Source of the DNA: Felis catus
Taxonomy: Eukaryota
Length of the DNA: 64,000 nucleotides
Direction of reading: 5' to 3'
Assembly: GCF_018350175.1 (NCBI RefSeq)
Contig: NC_058382.1
Location: forward strand, 60,390,001 to 60,454,000
Shown here: piece by piece, positions 46,246 through 58,063 of the stretch
Numbering within the stretch: position 1 is the stretch's first letter
How the letters are laid out: every line of letters starts with the position of its first letter
Position numbers and translations under genes: made by a program
Notes under the pieces: model-generated
Told to the model about the DNA's origin: nothing
Seen by the model: only the letters and a program-made list of their open reading frames with translations
The model's database searches: none

Positions 46246-48804
46246 ACCTCAGAGGGGGCGTGGCTCCTCGAGGAGGAGTCCTTAATTTATGGAGTAGGGG
46301 ATACTGTCTTGCCCGGACCTTGACCCCCTGATGGAAATCCCCCCAGCTCTGGAAGGGCCAGCCTTTCCGGGGCCTTGCTAGTGGGGCCATCCGTTTGCCC
46401 AGGCGCTTGGGGATAGACAGTTTGGCCTTTGGATGACTTCCTGCTGACCCTCAGGGCCCAGATCCCCACAACCCCAATTAAGGGACCAGGACTTGGGCGT
46501 TCCCAAGATCACTCCGCCAACTCTGACTCCCAGATGGGAACACTGAGTTCAAAAACGGGGCAGGGCAGCTCCAGGCCGGCCAGTTCCGCCTGCCTGTGTC
46601 TGGGGCACCTCCAGACTCTGTGAATGCTGTCCCCCCCCCCCCCCCCCATCTCTGCCTTCCCCTCCGCTATGATTTTTATCCAGGACCTCACACTGCCAGG
46701 CTCGCCGCAGCACCAGGCTGCGACGGGGCCATGGTGCCATTTTAATGAGTGACAGTCCCAAACCATTTGCCAAACCTGCTTTCCTATCAGTAGAATGGGA
46801 GGGTCTGATCTGCCTGCCTCTCAGGGCAGTCTCTGTGCCCTCTGACAAGGACCATCTGCTTCCTAGGCCTCAGTTTCCCCATCCAGACAATGAGGGCTGA
46901 GACAAGACTTTCTCAGGGGGTTCTTTAGCCTATCTGTGGTTGTAGTTTATTCTAGAAACTTGGGGTCTTTCAGATTTTCCATCTTCAGAAATTTACATGA
47001 CAGGAGACGATGTCTGCAGGAAGTGCTCAAGAAACTTTGGGTGTTCTCACTGTTCAAAGTCACTTTGCACCCCATAGCTTGTCTTGTCGGTAAGACGGGG
47101 CCTGCATAGGCCCAGCTGGCCTAGAGCCTGGCTGGAGCCGCCTCCCCCCCCCCCCCATTTCCACGGCACCTGCAGGACTCCGTGACCTGAAACCCCAGTC
47201 ACAGGCGTGGGTGTTTTTCAAAAATGCATAAGTGGAAAATAGCAAAGGGGCAAGGAGGGAACAGGTTTGGGCTGAGATCTAAGGAGAGGAAACAGGGAGG
47301 GGGCTGACGGACCAAAACCAGGCTGTTGCCCTGTGACCTCAGCCAAGCCCCTTCACCCCCTTTAAGACAGGTGACAAAGCCTCCCAGGGCAGGAGTCAGA
47401 GGGACTCAGCACTCAAGGGTGAAAAGGCAGTGCACAGGAACCATCGCCCCAGAGGGGCACCCCAGCACCCACCGCAGACTCTCCACAAGGGGCCCCCATT
47501 CTGTAGCAGCTCTCTCTCCCCCAGGACACTGCAGGGCATACAGCAGGTGCTCAATCAACTCTCTCAATTGATTTCAACCTCCCCGTGCTCCACCCCCCAG
47601 CCCCGGCCCAGGAAAGCAAAGCAAAACCAACGGAAAAAGGAAAGAAGAGTGCCTCCAAGTGACCACTGTCGTGTACAGAGCCCAAAAGCCCAGGGAGTAG
47701 GGGTCATAACCAGCAGACAAGGAGGACCCGTCCCTGCAGCAGGGCCGAGGCTTGCTTTGTTGGGGGCTGACTGTGGGGGAACAGGGACAGCAGGCTGACT
47801 TCTGGACATCCTTGTGCGTTCAGGCCTCCAAACTTGTCTGAGTCCCTGGTGTTTGGGGGACTTTGTCGGGGATCCCCATGACCCTCACCGGGGCTCGGTC
47901 CCTGCCCCAGACTGGTGAGCCCCAGACTGGTGGGGGAATAGAGAAGGAATACCAGGAATGAACGCTAAGGACGGAGGGTCCCCCTGTAGCTGGGGGACTG
48001 GGGTCCTGGCAGGCAAGGTGGCCGTTCTGAAGCCGACTTTAAGGAGGGACAGACGGTAGTAAGTGTTGACAAGAGCATTCCAGGGAGAGGAACGGCAGAG
48101 GCAAAAGTCGCGAGCAGGGAACGAGCTACCGTGGTGGGGAGGAGAAGTGACCGCCCCCACCGTGCGTTGCACAGGGCTCAGTTCAGATGCCAGTGCCGCC
48201 CCCAGGACACGCAGCGCCTTCCTGTGTGCCCTTAGCAGCCCGGGGCAGGCCCCGAATGTGGGGTAGGACACGGGAACGCACAGCCCCTCCCCTCCCTTCT
48301 CCTCCTCAGGGACCAGACTTTTCCTCTCCACTTACTCTATCCTGACCCTCAGGTCAGCAGCTAGACAGCCATCATCACCATGGTTCACCCTAGAGAGGTC
48401 AAGGCCACGGGCTTTGGAGCCACACAGCCTGGGTGCAGATCCCAGCCCCACTACTCACTGGGTCCTTCCGAGCCAGTCACATAAGACCCTCAGGCCTCGG
48501 CCCTTCCGTGAGAGACCAACAGGGCCGAGCCCTGACAGGCAGCGAAGGTTGGCCAGGACCATTCATGGGACAGGTCAGCGTGTCTGGCCTCCCTCCTAGC
48601 CTCAGCACGGCCCCCAGCACCCCCACCCTGTCCATCGATGCAGGACCAGGCCCCTGCAGGCCCCGGCCTCAGTCTCCACGGCCAGCAAGTGGGGCAGAAA
48701 GTCGCATATCTGTGGAGGGCTGTGCACTCATGTGTCTGTATCCCCTAGGATGATGGGAACAGGCACTTATGTGGCGCCTGCTGGATGCCCCACAGCACTG
48801 GACA

Positions 48805-48942
48805 GCAGACTTTTTATTTTTTTGTACTGTAGTGAAAGATCCCAATAGAAACTGTACCCATTGAGTACTAACCTGCCATGCTGTCCCCCCATCTCCTTCC
48901 TGGGCCCCTGGCAGCCTCCGTTCTACTCTGTCTAGAAATTTG
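48805..48942 (-). mobile_element. Old L1M (L1MA/L1MB-type) 3' UTR fragment
   Basis: ttttattttttgtactgtagtgaaa...aaactgtacccatt...cccctggcagcctccgttctactctgtct..aattt resembles the antisense L1M 3' end. Confidence 0.55.
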
Positions 48943-49659
48943 AGGCTGATTTTCAGCCTCCAGTTTTCCGTTGAGGAAAGAAAGCTTAGGGTGGGTGGAG
49001 GGTTTGAGCTGCAATGTGCCTCACTCCAGCTTCCTGGACTCTTCAGCTCTCTCTGGTCCCCGTGGGGACGAGGTGCCCCCTGGGCGGGGAGGTTCGGGCT
49101 CAACCCTGCAGAGCCACTGACTTCCTGTGGGACCGGGAAGCCCCCTCCACTCTCTTGGTGCCTCGGTTTCCCCATCTGTGCAGTGGGGACAGAGTAGATT
49201 TGCTGCCTGGGACCTGGCCACACCCAACAGGGAAAAAGCCTAGCCCAGAGGCCCTGGCTTCTTCCACCCTGCGTGGCATCCCCCAGGGGCAGGAGACACA
49301 GCCTGGGGTGCTGGGCTCACAAGTCTGGACGCTAGTCTCCCAGGCCTGGGTGTGCATTCTGCTCCTCACCCAGAAAGAGCATCAGGACAGCCTGGCCCGG
49401 AAGAGGGGCCCCGGTGCCCCGGTGTGAACCCAGGGCCCCGAGCCGGCTCTGGGGAGTCCCCACCTCTCGGGGATGCAGTGGCCATCCCCCGGGCCGGTGC
49501 AGGAGGGAGAGCCAGCCCCCTAGGTGAGGGGGTGGTGTGGAGCCTAGCAGGCCGTCGCTCCCCCCCCCCCCCCCCCCACCATGGCAGGGCCCTGTCACAC
49601 TGGAGCCCCGTCCCCTTCCAGGAAGCAATCTGCCTCCATCCATCTGACGCGTGGGCCCG

Positions 49660-50105
49660 GCGACGGCTCCATTAGCCCGGCCCCCGCTCCCATCCATCAG
49701 CCCTTATCGGCCCATCTGCAGAATCACTGCGGAGCCGGCCTGGGCGCCCGTTTTCTCGGGCCCTACTTCCCTGTCTCCGCCCCCGGGGCGGCCTTCCCGC
49801 CCGCCGGGCCCGCCGCCTCCCCCGGGTGCGCCGCGGTCTCTGCCCCGGCCACGTGGTGCGCGCCCCGCCCAGCAGTGTCAGTGATCGGCTCTGGCTGCGG
49901 CAATCTCGGGTAATCTATCAGCGGCTATCGGGCCCATCGGAGGGCCGGGAGCGGCCAGGCCCAGAGATGGCGCCAACCCCCAGCGTCGATAAAGTCTCCG
50001 GGTTCAGCGGTGATGAATGCTGAGTGAGCGCAGGCCGCGGATAGGATGTGGACTTGGCAGCCCGCAGCTCCGGCTGAAACCAATCTCTCCCTATCAGCCG
50101 GGCCG
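49660..50105. promoter_or_regulatory. Intronic CpG island with GATA/GATT cluster
   Basis: CTTATCG (~49702), CATCTG, CACGTG (~49850), CTATCA-GCGG-CTATCG (~49915-49930), CGATAA (~49987), CTATCA (~50091), high CpG density. Confidence 0.65.
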
Positions 50106-51897
50106 GGCTTTCCCAGGCCCGCTCCCCTTCTCTCTGCCTTGCCTGGCCCGGCCCCTGCCCCTGGGGACTCGGGCGGGGGCGGGGGGCCAGCCCACCGGCC
50201 CTGGGGAGAGACCGAGGGAGGGCAGGCTCGAGACGGGGGAGGGTCCCGAGTGAGGCCCAGGAGATGGCATGGAGCTGGGGGCTGCCCCGAGGGGGTGGCT
50301 GGCCCGGTCTCCCACAGCCCCAGGTCCCCCTTGCTCCCCACGACGTGAATCAGAGCCGTCTGCCTCTTACCCACCCATCCTTACCCCGCCAAACACTCCC
50401 GAGTCTTTACAAGCACAGCTTAAATAGCGCCTCCTCTGGGAAGTCCTCGCCGACCACCCATCCTCAGGCCCGTTGTCCTTGCCTCTCTCCATCCTGCAGC
50501 CATCCCTGCCCATCGTGGTACCTGAGGTGTGTGTCCCACTCTGGTGCACCCGCTTGCTCACGGGTGCCCCGCTGGTGGAGGAAATCAGGGCGCTCCTGCG
50601 GACGAGCCCCTCCCCGCCCACCCGCAGGGCAGCGCTGCCAGGTTGGTGGATTGGTGCCCATTTGCCGGATGCGAACACCGAGTCCCAGGCAGATGCCCCG
50701 GGCCCAGAGCCACATGCCCCCGAGCCACTGAGGCCTCCCATCTGCCTTGCTCTGAACGGCCACGCGAGCAGCGCCCAGAGGCCGTGATGGGGCTGGGTGG
50801 GGGCTGGCGTGGCTGTCCTCTGCCTCAGTTTCCTCATCTGTACAGTGGAGCCGGTTTCTCTACGGGCTGGTGCTGATGGGGGTCCCGGTAGAGCTTCGTA
50901 AGCTGCCGAGGGCTGTGAACCCGTGTCTCGCGGATCAGAGCCAGAGAGAGCCATAGCTCCTGAAGGGACAGGGCCCCATTTGACACCCCTGCTGGTGCCC
51001 CTTCCCCACAGTGGGGAGGCAGATGGCCACCCCCGGGCAGAGAGGGCCTTCTGGCCTGAGCCCCAGAGTGAAAAGCTGGCGGAGCCTGGGTCCTGGCCTT
51101 GGGGAACAGACAGTCAGGGGCCAGACAGCGGTCACACAGCAACCAAGGAGCAGACGGGGTAGGAATACAAAGGTTCTCTGAGCCGCAGCACTTCAGAGCC
51201 AGGAAGAGGAACGGTGGCCTGGTGAGGGGAGAGACAAGGTCTCAGGCCCCAGAGCCACATAGACCTGGGTCGGGACCCCCAAGGGGATGGCGAGTGAAGC
51301 GTCCAGGGGAAGCAGGAAACACCGAGTGTAGGGCAGGGCCCAGGAAGGGGGGCAGGCGGGCCCCCTGGCCACCCTCCTAGCTGTGAGGCCTCGGGCACGT
51401 CGTCACCTCTCTGTGCCTGTTCCCCGTCTGTAATGGGGCAGCCTTGAAGTCCCGTGTGGTCAGGTCCCCACAACCATGCCTGTTTCTCGTGCCCTGAGAG
51501 GCCTCTCAGGGCGTGTGTTCCAGGGTGCCAGGCTTACCCTGGGCCCCCACTGGGCGTGGCCGTGGGACCGGGGCAGTTAAGCCCCCCGAGTTCCGCCTGT
51601 CAGTTATGGGGCTGGCCACAGGAGGAAGTGGCAGTGGCTGAGGCCGGGATATACAAGACCCCTCCGGCGTCAGCACCCTGTCCCCTGCCTGGAGTCCCCA
51701 CACCCACCCAGGCCCTAGGGACCTGAGCCTAGGTCCCCCAGGCCCTAGGGACCTTATTGGGGTTGGAGTACCGGCCCAGCCTATATTCTGCCTGTGGGGA
51801 CAGGTGGCGTGCCCCGGTCCCCCAACCCCAATAAGAGGACTCAGACTCCAAGGCTCCCCTCTGCCCAAGCCCTCCGCCTCCCCCGGCCCACAGTCAC

Positions 51898-51940
51898 CAG
51901 TACTCATTGAGCACTTACTGTGTGCCAGGCACTGCCCCCA
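51898..51940 (-). mobile_element. L2/MIR 3' tail fragment
   Basis: tcattgagcacttactgtgtgccaggcactg. Confidence 0.55.
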
Positions 51941-52089
51941 GAGCAAGGGTGCTGCTGGGCACAGCCAGTGAGCCCGCTAATCAAGTGAGCACTCTGTGAG
52001 CCCGTGGGCAGGGCTGGGGTCAGCAGGGCCACCGCCAGGAGCCAGACAGGTGCTGGCATGGGTTGTAGCCCCAGTAATGGTTTGGCTTT

Positions 52090-52090
<1 letters not shown>

Positions 52091-52128
<38 letters not shown>
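52091..52128. repeat. Compound microsatellite (AC)5(AG)14
   Basis: Read directly from the sequence. Confidence 0.95.
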
Positions 52129-52741
52129 CCAGCCCGGGAGGCATATGAGCAGAGGAGGGCAGGTGTCGGGCGAAAGCGTGACTCGGGAGATGGGTGTGAC
52201 CTTGGAGTCCACACTGAAGGCCCCAAGGAAGGACCCAGGGAAGGATGAGGCCTGGAGGAGAGGGCAGTCACCGGGTAAGGGGCGCGTGAGGCCCCAGAGG
52301 TGGTCCTCCTGCCCCTGGGCCTAGGACACTGTTGGTTATGGGGACACAGGGACAGGATGGCCACATGGCAATCCTTGCTGGCCCTGACCCCTTCTCCCAC
52401 CTGCCATCTGCCAAGGGGTACCTGACAGTGAGTTCTGCCCATTGCCAGGCCGCCCGTGAGGGAGGAACGGGTGTGGGGAGAAGGGCCCGGGGAGGCTGGG
52501 AAGGGAGCACCGGCCACACGCGGTGGGTTGGCTGGGGATGAGGGCGGAAAGGTGGCGGGTACCATAAAGAGCCCCAGACCCTGACTGGCCCTGGGAGCTT
52601 GCGGGGAGAAGCAGGCGAGGATCCCCTTGCTGGCGGCGGCTTTTCCGCACGAGATCTGGCCACGGGGGCCCTGGCTTTTATTTGGGTTACGCAGGACCGT
52701 CCCAGCCATCTTTCAAGAAACGTTCCTTTGAAAGCTGAATC

Positions 52742-52792
52742 GCCCTCAAAAGGATGAATCTTGATGTATGTGAATTATTTCTCAGTAAAGTT
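52742..52792 (+). mobile_element. L1M 3' terminal fragment
   Basis: caaaaggatgaatcttgatgtatgtgaattatttctcagtaaag resembles the L1M terminus (aaatggtgaattttatggtatgtgaattatatctcaataaa). Confidence 0.55.
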
Positions 52793-55700
52793 TCAGGGTG
52801 TTAAAAGCTCAGATCCCAGTAGCTCTGGTCCGTCAGTCTGGCCTCTGTTCCCAGAGCGTGCAGGGCCCTGCCTGGCACTCTCCTGACACGGCAAGGTTTC
52901 TCTTCATGCCGAGGGCGTCTCCTTGCCCTGAGACAGCCCAGAGTGCGTCCGGGCTCCTCCAGCCTGGCCTACCTTGGACAGCACCAGTGTCCCCACCCAG
53001 CCCCCATGCGTGACCCCGGTGCTTGCGGGCCGGGCTGGGAGGCGGCATGGGTGGGGGTATGGCTCACCCCCGGGCAGCAAAGCAGCTGAATTGACAGTCA
53101 CTTATACACAGGATGACAGGGAGGGCCTGAACCGCCCCCCACCCCCATCCCCCGCTAAGGTGTGTGGGTGGCAAGGCCTAAGAAGCAGACAGTCTAAGAC
53201 CCAGATGTCTGGAAAAGGAGTAGTGAGCCTCCCGTTGCAGGGTGCATGCAAGCACCATCAGATGGACGCTTGGTGGGGAAGCGGAGTCGGGCTGCGCGGC
53301 CCCATCTCCCCTGCTGCAGGCGGCCCACTCAGGGAGTCGGGGAGCAGAACCAGTGTCGGGGGGGCGGCCATGGGCGCAGAGGGTTCGGATGCCTGTTCTC
53401 CCCCCTGTGGGCCAGGGCGCCCGCTCGAATAAGCCAAGATTATCTCGCCAACATCCTCTTGTGGTCGCCCCAGCTGTCAGCGGGCTGACCCTGGGTCAAA
53501 GAAGCCGCTGGCGGGTCACAGCGGGGGCCGACGGCCCCTCCCAGCCTGAACCCCTCGTGGCCCCTGGGCCTGTCCGGCCTGCGTGGGAAGAGCTGGGGCT
53601 GAGGGCTGAGGAGGCCTTGACCGGGCGGAGGGGCAGCGCGGCCGGCAGGGGCGTGCAGACGTGGGCTGGCGGCGGGTGTGGACTGGGGGTGAGGTGGACC
53701 CGCGGGGAGAGCCAGGCTCCACGCAGTGTGTGCGCCGGGCCCCCCCAGAACTCCATGTCCCTCCCGGGGAGCCCCTCCCCCTTCGGGGCTGTGAGCTCCT
53801 AGGCGGCAGTGGGCCGGGAACCCGCCTCTATCCTAAACGTCAGAGAAGCTGACGGTCTCCAGTGAATGAACTGCTTCCCCCAAGCCTTGGCAGTGTTCGC
53901 TGGGGGCCTAGAGCCTGCCTCTTGACCCCCACTGTGCTCACCCATCTCCCTCTGTGGCCCCGCCGCCCATCAGCCGTGCGAGCCCGGCCTCACAGGCCCT
54001 GGACTGTCCGGGGCTGCTCTGTGCTGTGGGGACACACTTGCCCTTCGGCAGCGCCCGTGCATGGGGCTCCCCTCTGCTCCTCCGGGGCGTGCCCCCCTCC
54101 GAGCCCTGTTCAGCACCCCCTCCTTCCAACTTGCTTCTCTCTACCCACCTGGGCCTGGGAATTGGCTCAGGGGCTTGTCAGCATTGTGTGTAAAGCATGA
54201 GTCACCGGGCCCCCGAGGAGCTGCAGGTGGGGGGTGCAGCTAACAGGCCAGAGCAGCCACGGCCCCTGTGTCCTGGGCCTCAGTGGCCTCCTCCATCACT
54301 CACCAGCTGGATTAGACACCCTCCTTCCTGGGAGGGGACTGAGAGCGTCCAGTCCTGCTTGCCAGGGCCGGGGAGGGAGTACTTCCCCGGCTTCAGACCC
54401 AACCCCGGCTGCCTGGGGGACCTGGGCCCCTGGGACCGCCAGCCACGGCCCCTAGTCGCCCAGAGCTCCCACAGCAAGGCCCCCAGAGGGGAACAGCGCT
54501 GTCCCCTCCGTGGCCTGAGCCACCCCACTGCCCCCCGGTGGGAAAGTCTGAATCTGTTGCTATTTTCTCTCTGTTATCGGGGCCTTATCTGGCCACCGTG
54601 TGCCACCCAGAGGTCAGGGTCCCTCTCCGGGCAGCACCGTGCCCCCGCCCGCCCAGCGCCCCATGCCTCGGACCTGCCCACCAGCTGCCCAGGGCTGGCG
54701 AAACAGGAGGCCAGGCCTTCTGCCGGCCTGGGGGGAGGTCCTTCCCTCCTACCTGCACTGTCCCCCCACCAGGCCCCAGCTCTGTCCACCAGTCCCCCTC
54801 CCCCCAGAGGGCAGGTGTGGCGCCCCCTGGAGAGTTGAAACAAATAACAAGACTTGTAATAATAACCTGTCTGTGCTCAGCACCCACTGGCACCACCTTG
54901 CTGAACCCTGACCCCAGCCAGTGACGTGACATCCCTTCTTTCCATGCGGAAACCAGGCTCGAGGAGGTGTGGCCTGCACCAGGCCACCGGCCTCAGCCTC
55001 CTGCTGTGCCTCCTGCCTGGGATGCTTTTCCCTGGCCCAGCTGCAGGCAGTCCCGTCCCCTTCCAGAGCGCCACTCACTGGTCGCCTCCTCCAGGAAGCC
55101 TTCCCTGACTGGCACCTGCACCTCTCCTTCGGGGCAATGGCCGCTTGCATTTTTCACTTTGCTTTCTCGGGGGTGGGGTGTCTGGGTTGCCGTGGGGTCT
55201 CCAGGGGCCTGGTGCGGAGCCTGGCAGTCAGTGAACCCAGGTTTGACAGGTTAATGACTGAGTCAATGAGTAAGCGAGGCCATGGGAGGCGAGGGCCGCC
55301 AGCACTCCAGCTGTGCCTGCTGCCCTCTCTGGGAGGCTGGACACGGGGGCGGGGGAGGGGGAGGGCCACGTGGCCCGGCAGTGTCCACCCCCCCCCCCCC
55401 GGGCCCGGAAGCCTGCCTTCAGGCAGGAGGGGCTCCTGGGCAGGTGTCCCACCTCTGTTTTATCCTCTGTAAACGGAATATAAGAAGGACCCACGTAATG
55501 GGCAGGCCCACGTGGTGGGGCCTCAGGTAAACACTCACACCGGTAGTCAGGCCCCGAGTCAGGGGAGGGGCTCGTGGGGACTCCGCCCCCTGTTCTTTCA
55601 CATGTTTCCAGCGGTCTCGGGGTGCAGGCACAATCAATCACCCCCGTTTGATATGGGTGCAGCCTGCAGGGACTTTGCCTAGGACCTCCGGACTCCCCGT

Positions 55701-56584
55701 CCAGTGCTCCGTGACACCGTCACCTGCACCCCGCCTGGCAAGTCCACCTGGGGGCCAGAGTCCGGGGGGGTTTTGTCCCCTTCACGCACATGAGCTCTGG
55801 CTTTCTTAGAGGTGGTCATTCAAAAGCCCCCCCCCACCCCCGCATCAGCTGCCTCGCCATCAAAGCCAGGACGGGCTGTTAATGGTGCAGCTCGGGGACT
55901 CGGAAGGGAGAGGGGGACCATCCCGCTGCACCAAGCCTGTCTCCGTAATTCAGTCTTAAAGCATGAAAAAAGGGAGTTGATGAAATTCTGCTATCAGTGC
56001 CGAGCCAATATGCAAAATATCTCACCCCAATCAAATAGCTATTATGTTTGCATTTCCATTCCGGCGTCCGGCTTAATGAGCAGGAGCCGAATCGGCGCGG
56101 GGTGTCTGCTCGCCGTGATAACCGAGGGGCTCCGGGCCGCGGGGGCAGCGCTGGGACCGCCGTCATCACCCGCGGACGCCCCCGGACAGGTGTTCAGCCT
56201 TGGGCGCCAGCCTCCCCGCCCTGCCGGGCCCTGCGGCCAGCGTCACCCTCCACCCTGGACCTGGGGACAGTGGAGTCAGGTGCGGGGCCGCCCTGGTGCA
56301 GGGGAGGCCTATGCCTGAGCCGGCGTCCGCAAGGGTGGCATGTTTGGGGAGGGTCCTGTCCTACCTGTCACCACCACTGCTTCCTCGAGGCTGGCGGGGG
56401 TGGGGGGGCATGGGCAAGTCGGTTCACCTTGCTGGGCCTCAGCTTATTCATCTGCAAAGTGGGCGTGACCTCTGGGCAGTGTCAAGAGGGTCGGAGGAGG
56501 AGAACTGCCCGTCCTGACTGCCCCACACCCCACGCCACCCCCCTCCCCCCGTCCCAGGCCCTGCTGTGCAGCCAGCGATGGTGA

Positions 56585-56745
56585 CTGATGACGGTGACGG
56601 CCTACACTTGGTGCGTGCTTACTCCGTGCCAGGCCCTGAGCTGAGCTCAGCGTGGATGAGCACCACATTTCATGTGACGGAGGAGCTGTGCTGGTTTCCC
56701 CAAGCACAGAGAGGTAGAGTTACTTGCCTGAGGTCCACACAGCAC
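56585..56745 (-). mobile_element. MIR SINE fragment
   Basis: gtgcttactccgtgccaggccctgagct...gcacagagaggtagagttacttgcctgaggtccacacagc. Confidence 0.55.
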
Positions 56746-58063
56746 GGACACCTGCCCTGCCTTGCCGTGGATAGGCCTGGCCTACCTGCTGGGGCCTCTG
56801 GCCAGAGAGTGTCCCCAGGGGCCAGGCGGGGGCCATCCCTAGCGCAGGGCACCCGGGGAGGAAGCTGTGCCTCCCTGAGGTCTGGCCAGCGGAGGAAACT
56901 TCCTTCCCAAGCCCCCGGTGGAGCGGGACCCGGGAGCCCCCCCGTATGACCCCAGGGCTGTCCCCGGGGGCGAGATGGCACGCTCCCGGGGTGCCGAAGC
57001 AGGCATACGGCAGCCTTTCCCAAGACACGTCCCGTCTGCGGGCTCGGAGCGATTTGCTGGCTGGCGGTCGTCGCCCGCATTATCAGAGCGGCTTTAATTG
57101 TGCCGGAACTGAATTAGCGGCGTTGGAATAAATTGCCGCAGCCCGGCAGCCTCTTTCTTTACGCTCGTCGTCACGCCTTTGTGCGACGGGAGCCTTTGTT
57201 CTCCCATAAACGGACCCGCCGCGAGCTTGGAGCCTCCCTGGGTGGCTGAGGCCCACCTGAGCGAGCCGGAGAGTGGGGAGTCGGGGCTGCTGTCCCGGGG
57301 TCGGGCAGGTGCGGGGAGGCGTGTGCCGGCTCTGCCCCGGCATCGGCCCCAGGGCTCTGGTCCCTGCCATCCTTGAGAGCAGCAGGTGGCTTCATACCCA
57401 CTCACCGGAGCAGGCATCCGAGGCCCCGAAGTGCGATGGCCATTGAGCCGGAGGGAGCGCAGCTGGGGGGGCCTCCCCTGACGGCTCTAGGTGAGCCCAG
57501 AGGGCACCAGCGCTTCTCGAAAGGGTCTGGCAAAGGGCGGGCCCCAGAGGCCTTTGCGCTGCCCGCTGAGGCTGGGATGGCCGCGGTGACCGGCAGTACC
57601 TGCCCGGGGCCAAGCCCACGGGCGGGGAGGTGGAGGGACTAGAGGCCAGCCTCCACCGCAGCCTCTGTTTTCCTGCCCGGATGCCAAGGGAGCCCACGGC
57701 AGGCCAGGCCTCCCACCTGTCCCGGGGCACGTTGGGCCACTCTGGGCCGTGCCCCGTCCACCTCAGAGCCTCCCCTGCCCGCGTGGGTGCATTGACACGG
57801 GAGCGCAAGGCCTGGCCTAGGGCTGGTTCTGTGTGGTCTGAGCCCGGCCATGGCGTACTGAGCCCCTGCCCGCCTCCTGTAATCACAGCGCTGATGTGTC
57901 TGGGTGAGGAGGCTGGGACTCCAATCCCGAGCTAGAATCCAGGGAGCTGCAGGCAGGAAACCCCCTGCCTGGGACTCTCTAAGGCTCCCCAGTGCCTCTG
58001 GGATTAGCATCCCCTCCTCCCCTGGCCTCTCTCCAGCCTCCAAGCTCTTCCTCCTTTCCCACA

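Noticed and set aside
46248..46263. Possible CTCF site CTCAGAGGGGGCGTG
   Set aside because: Only the 3' half matches the consensus; several core mismatches.
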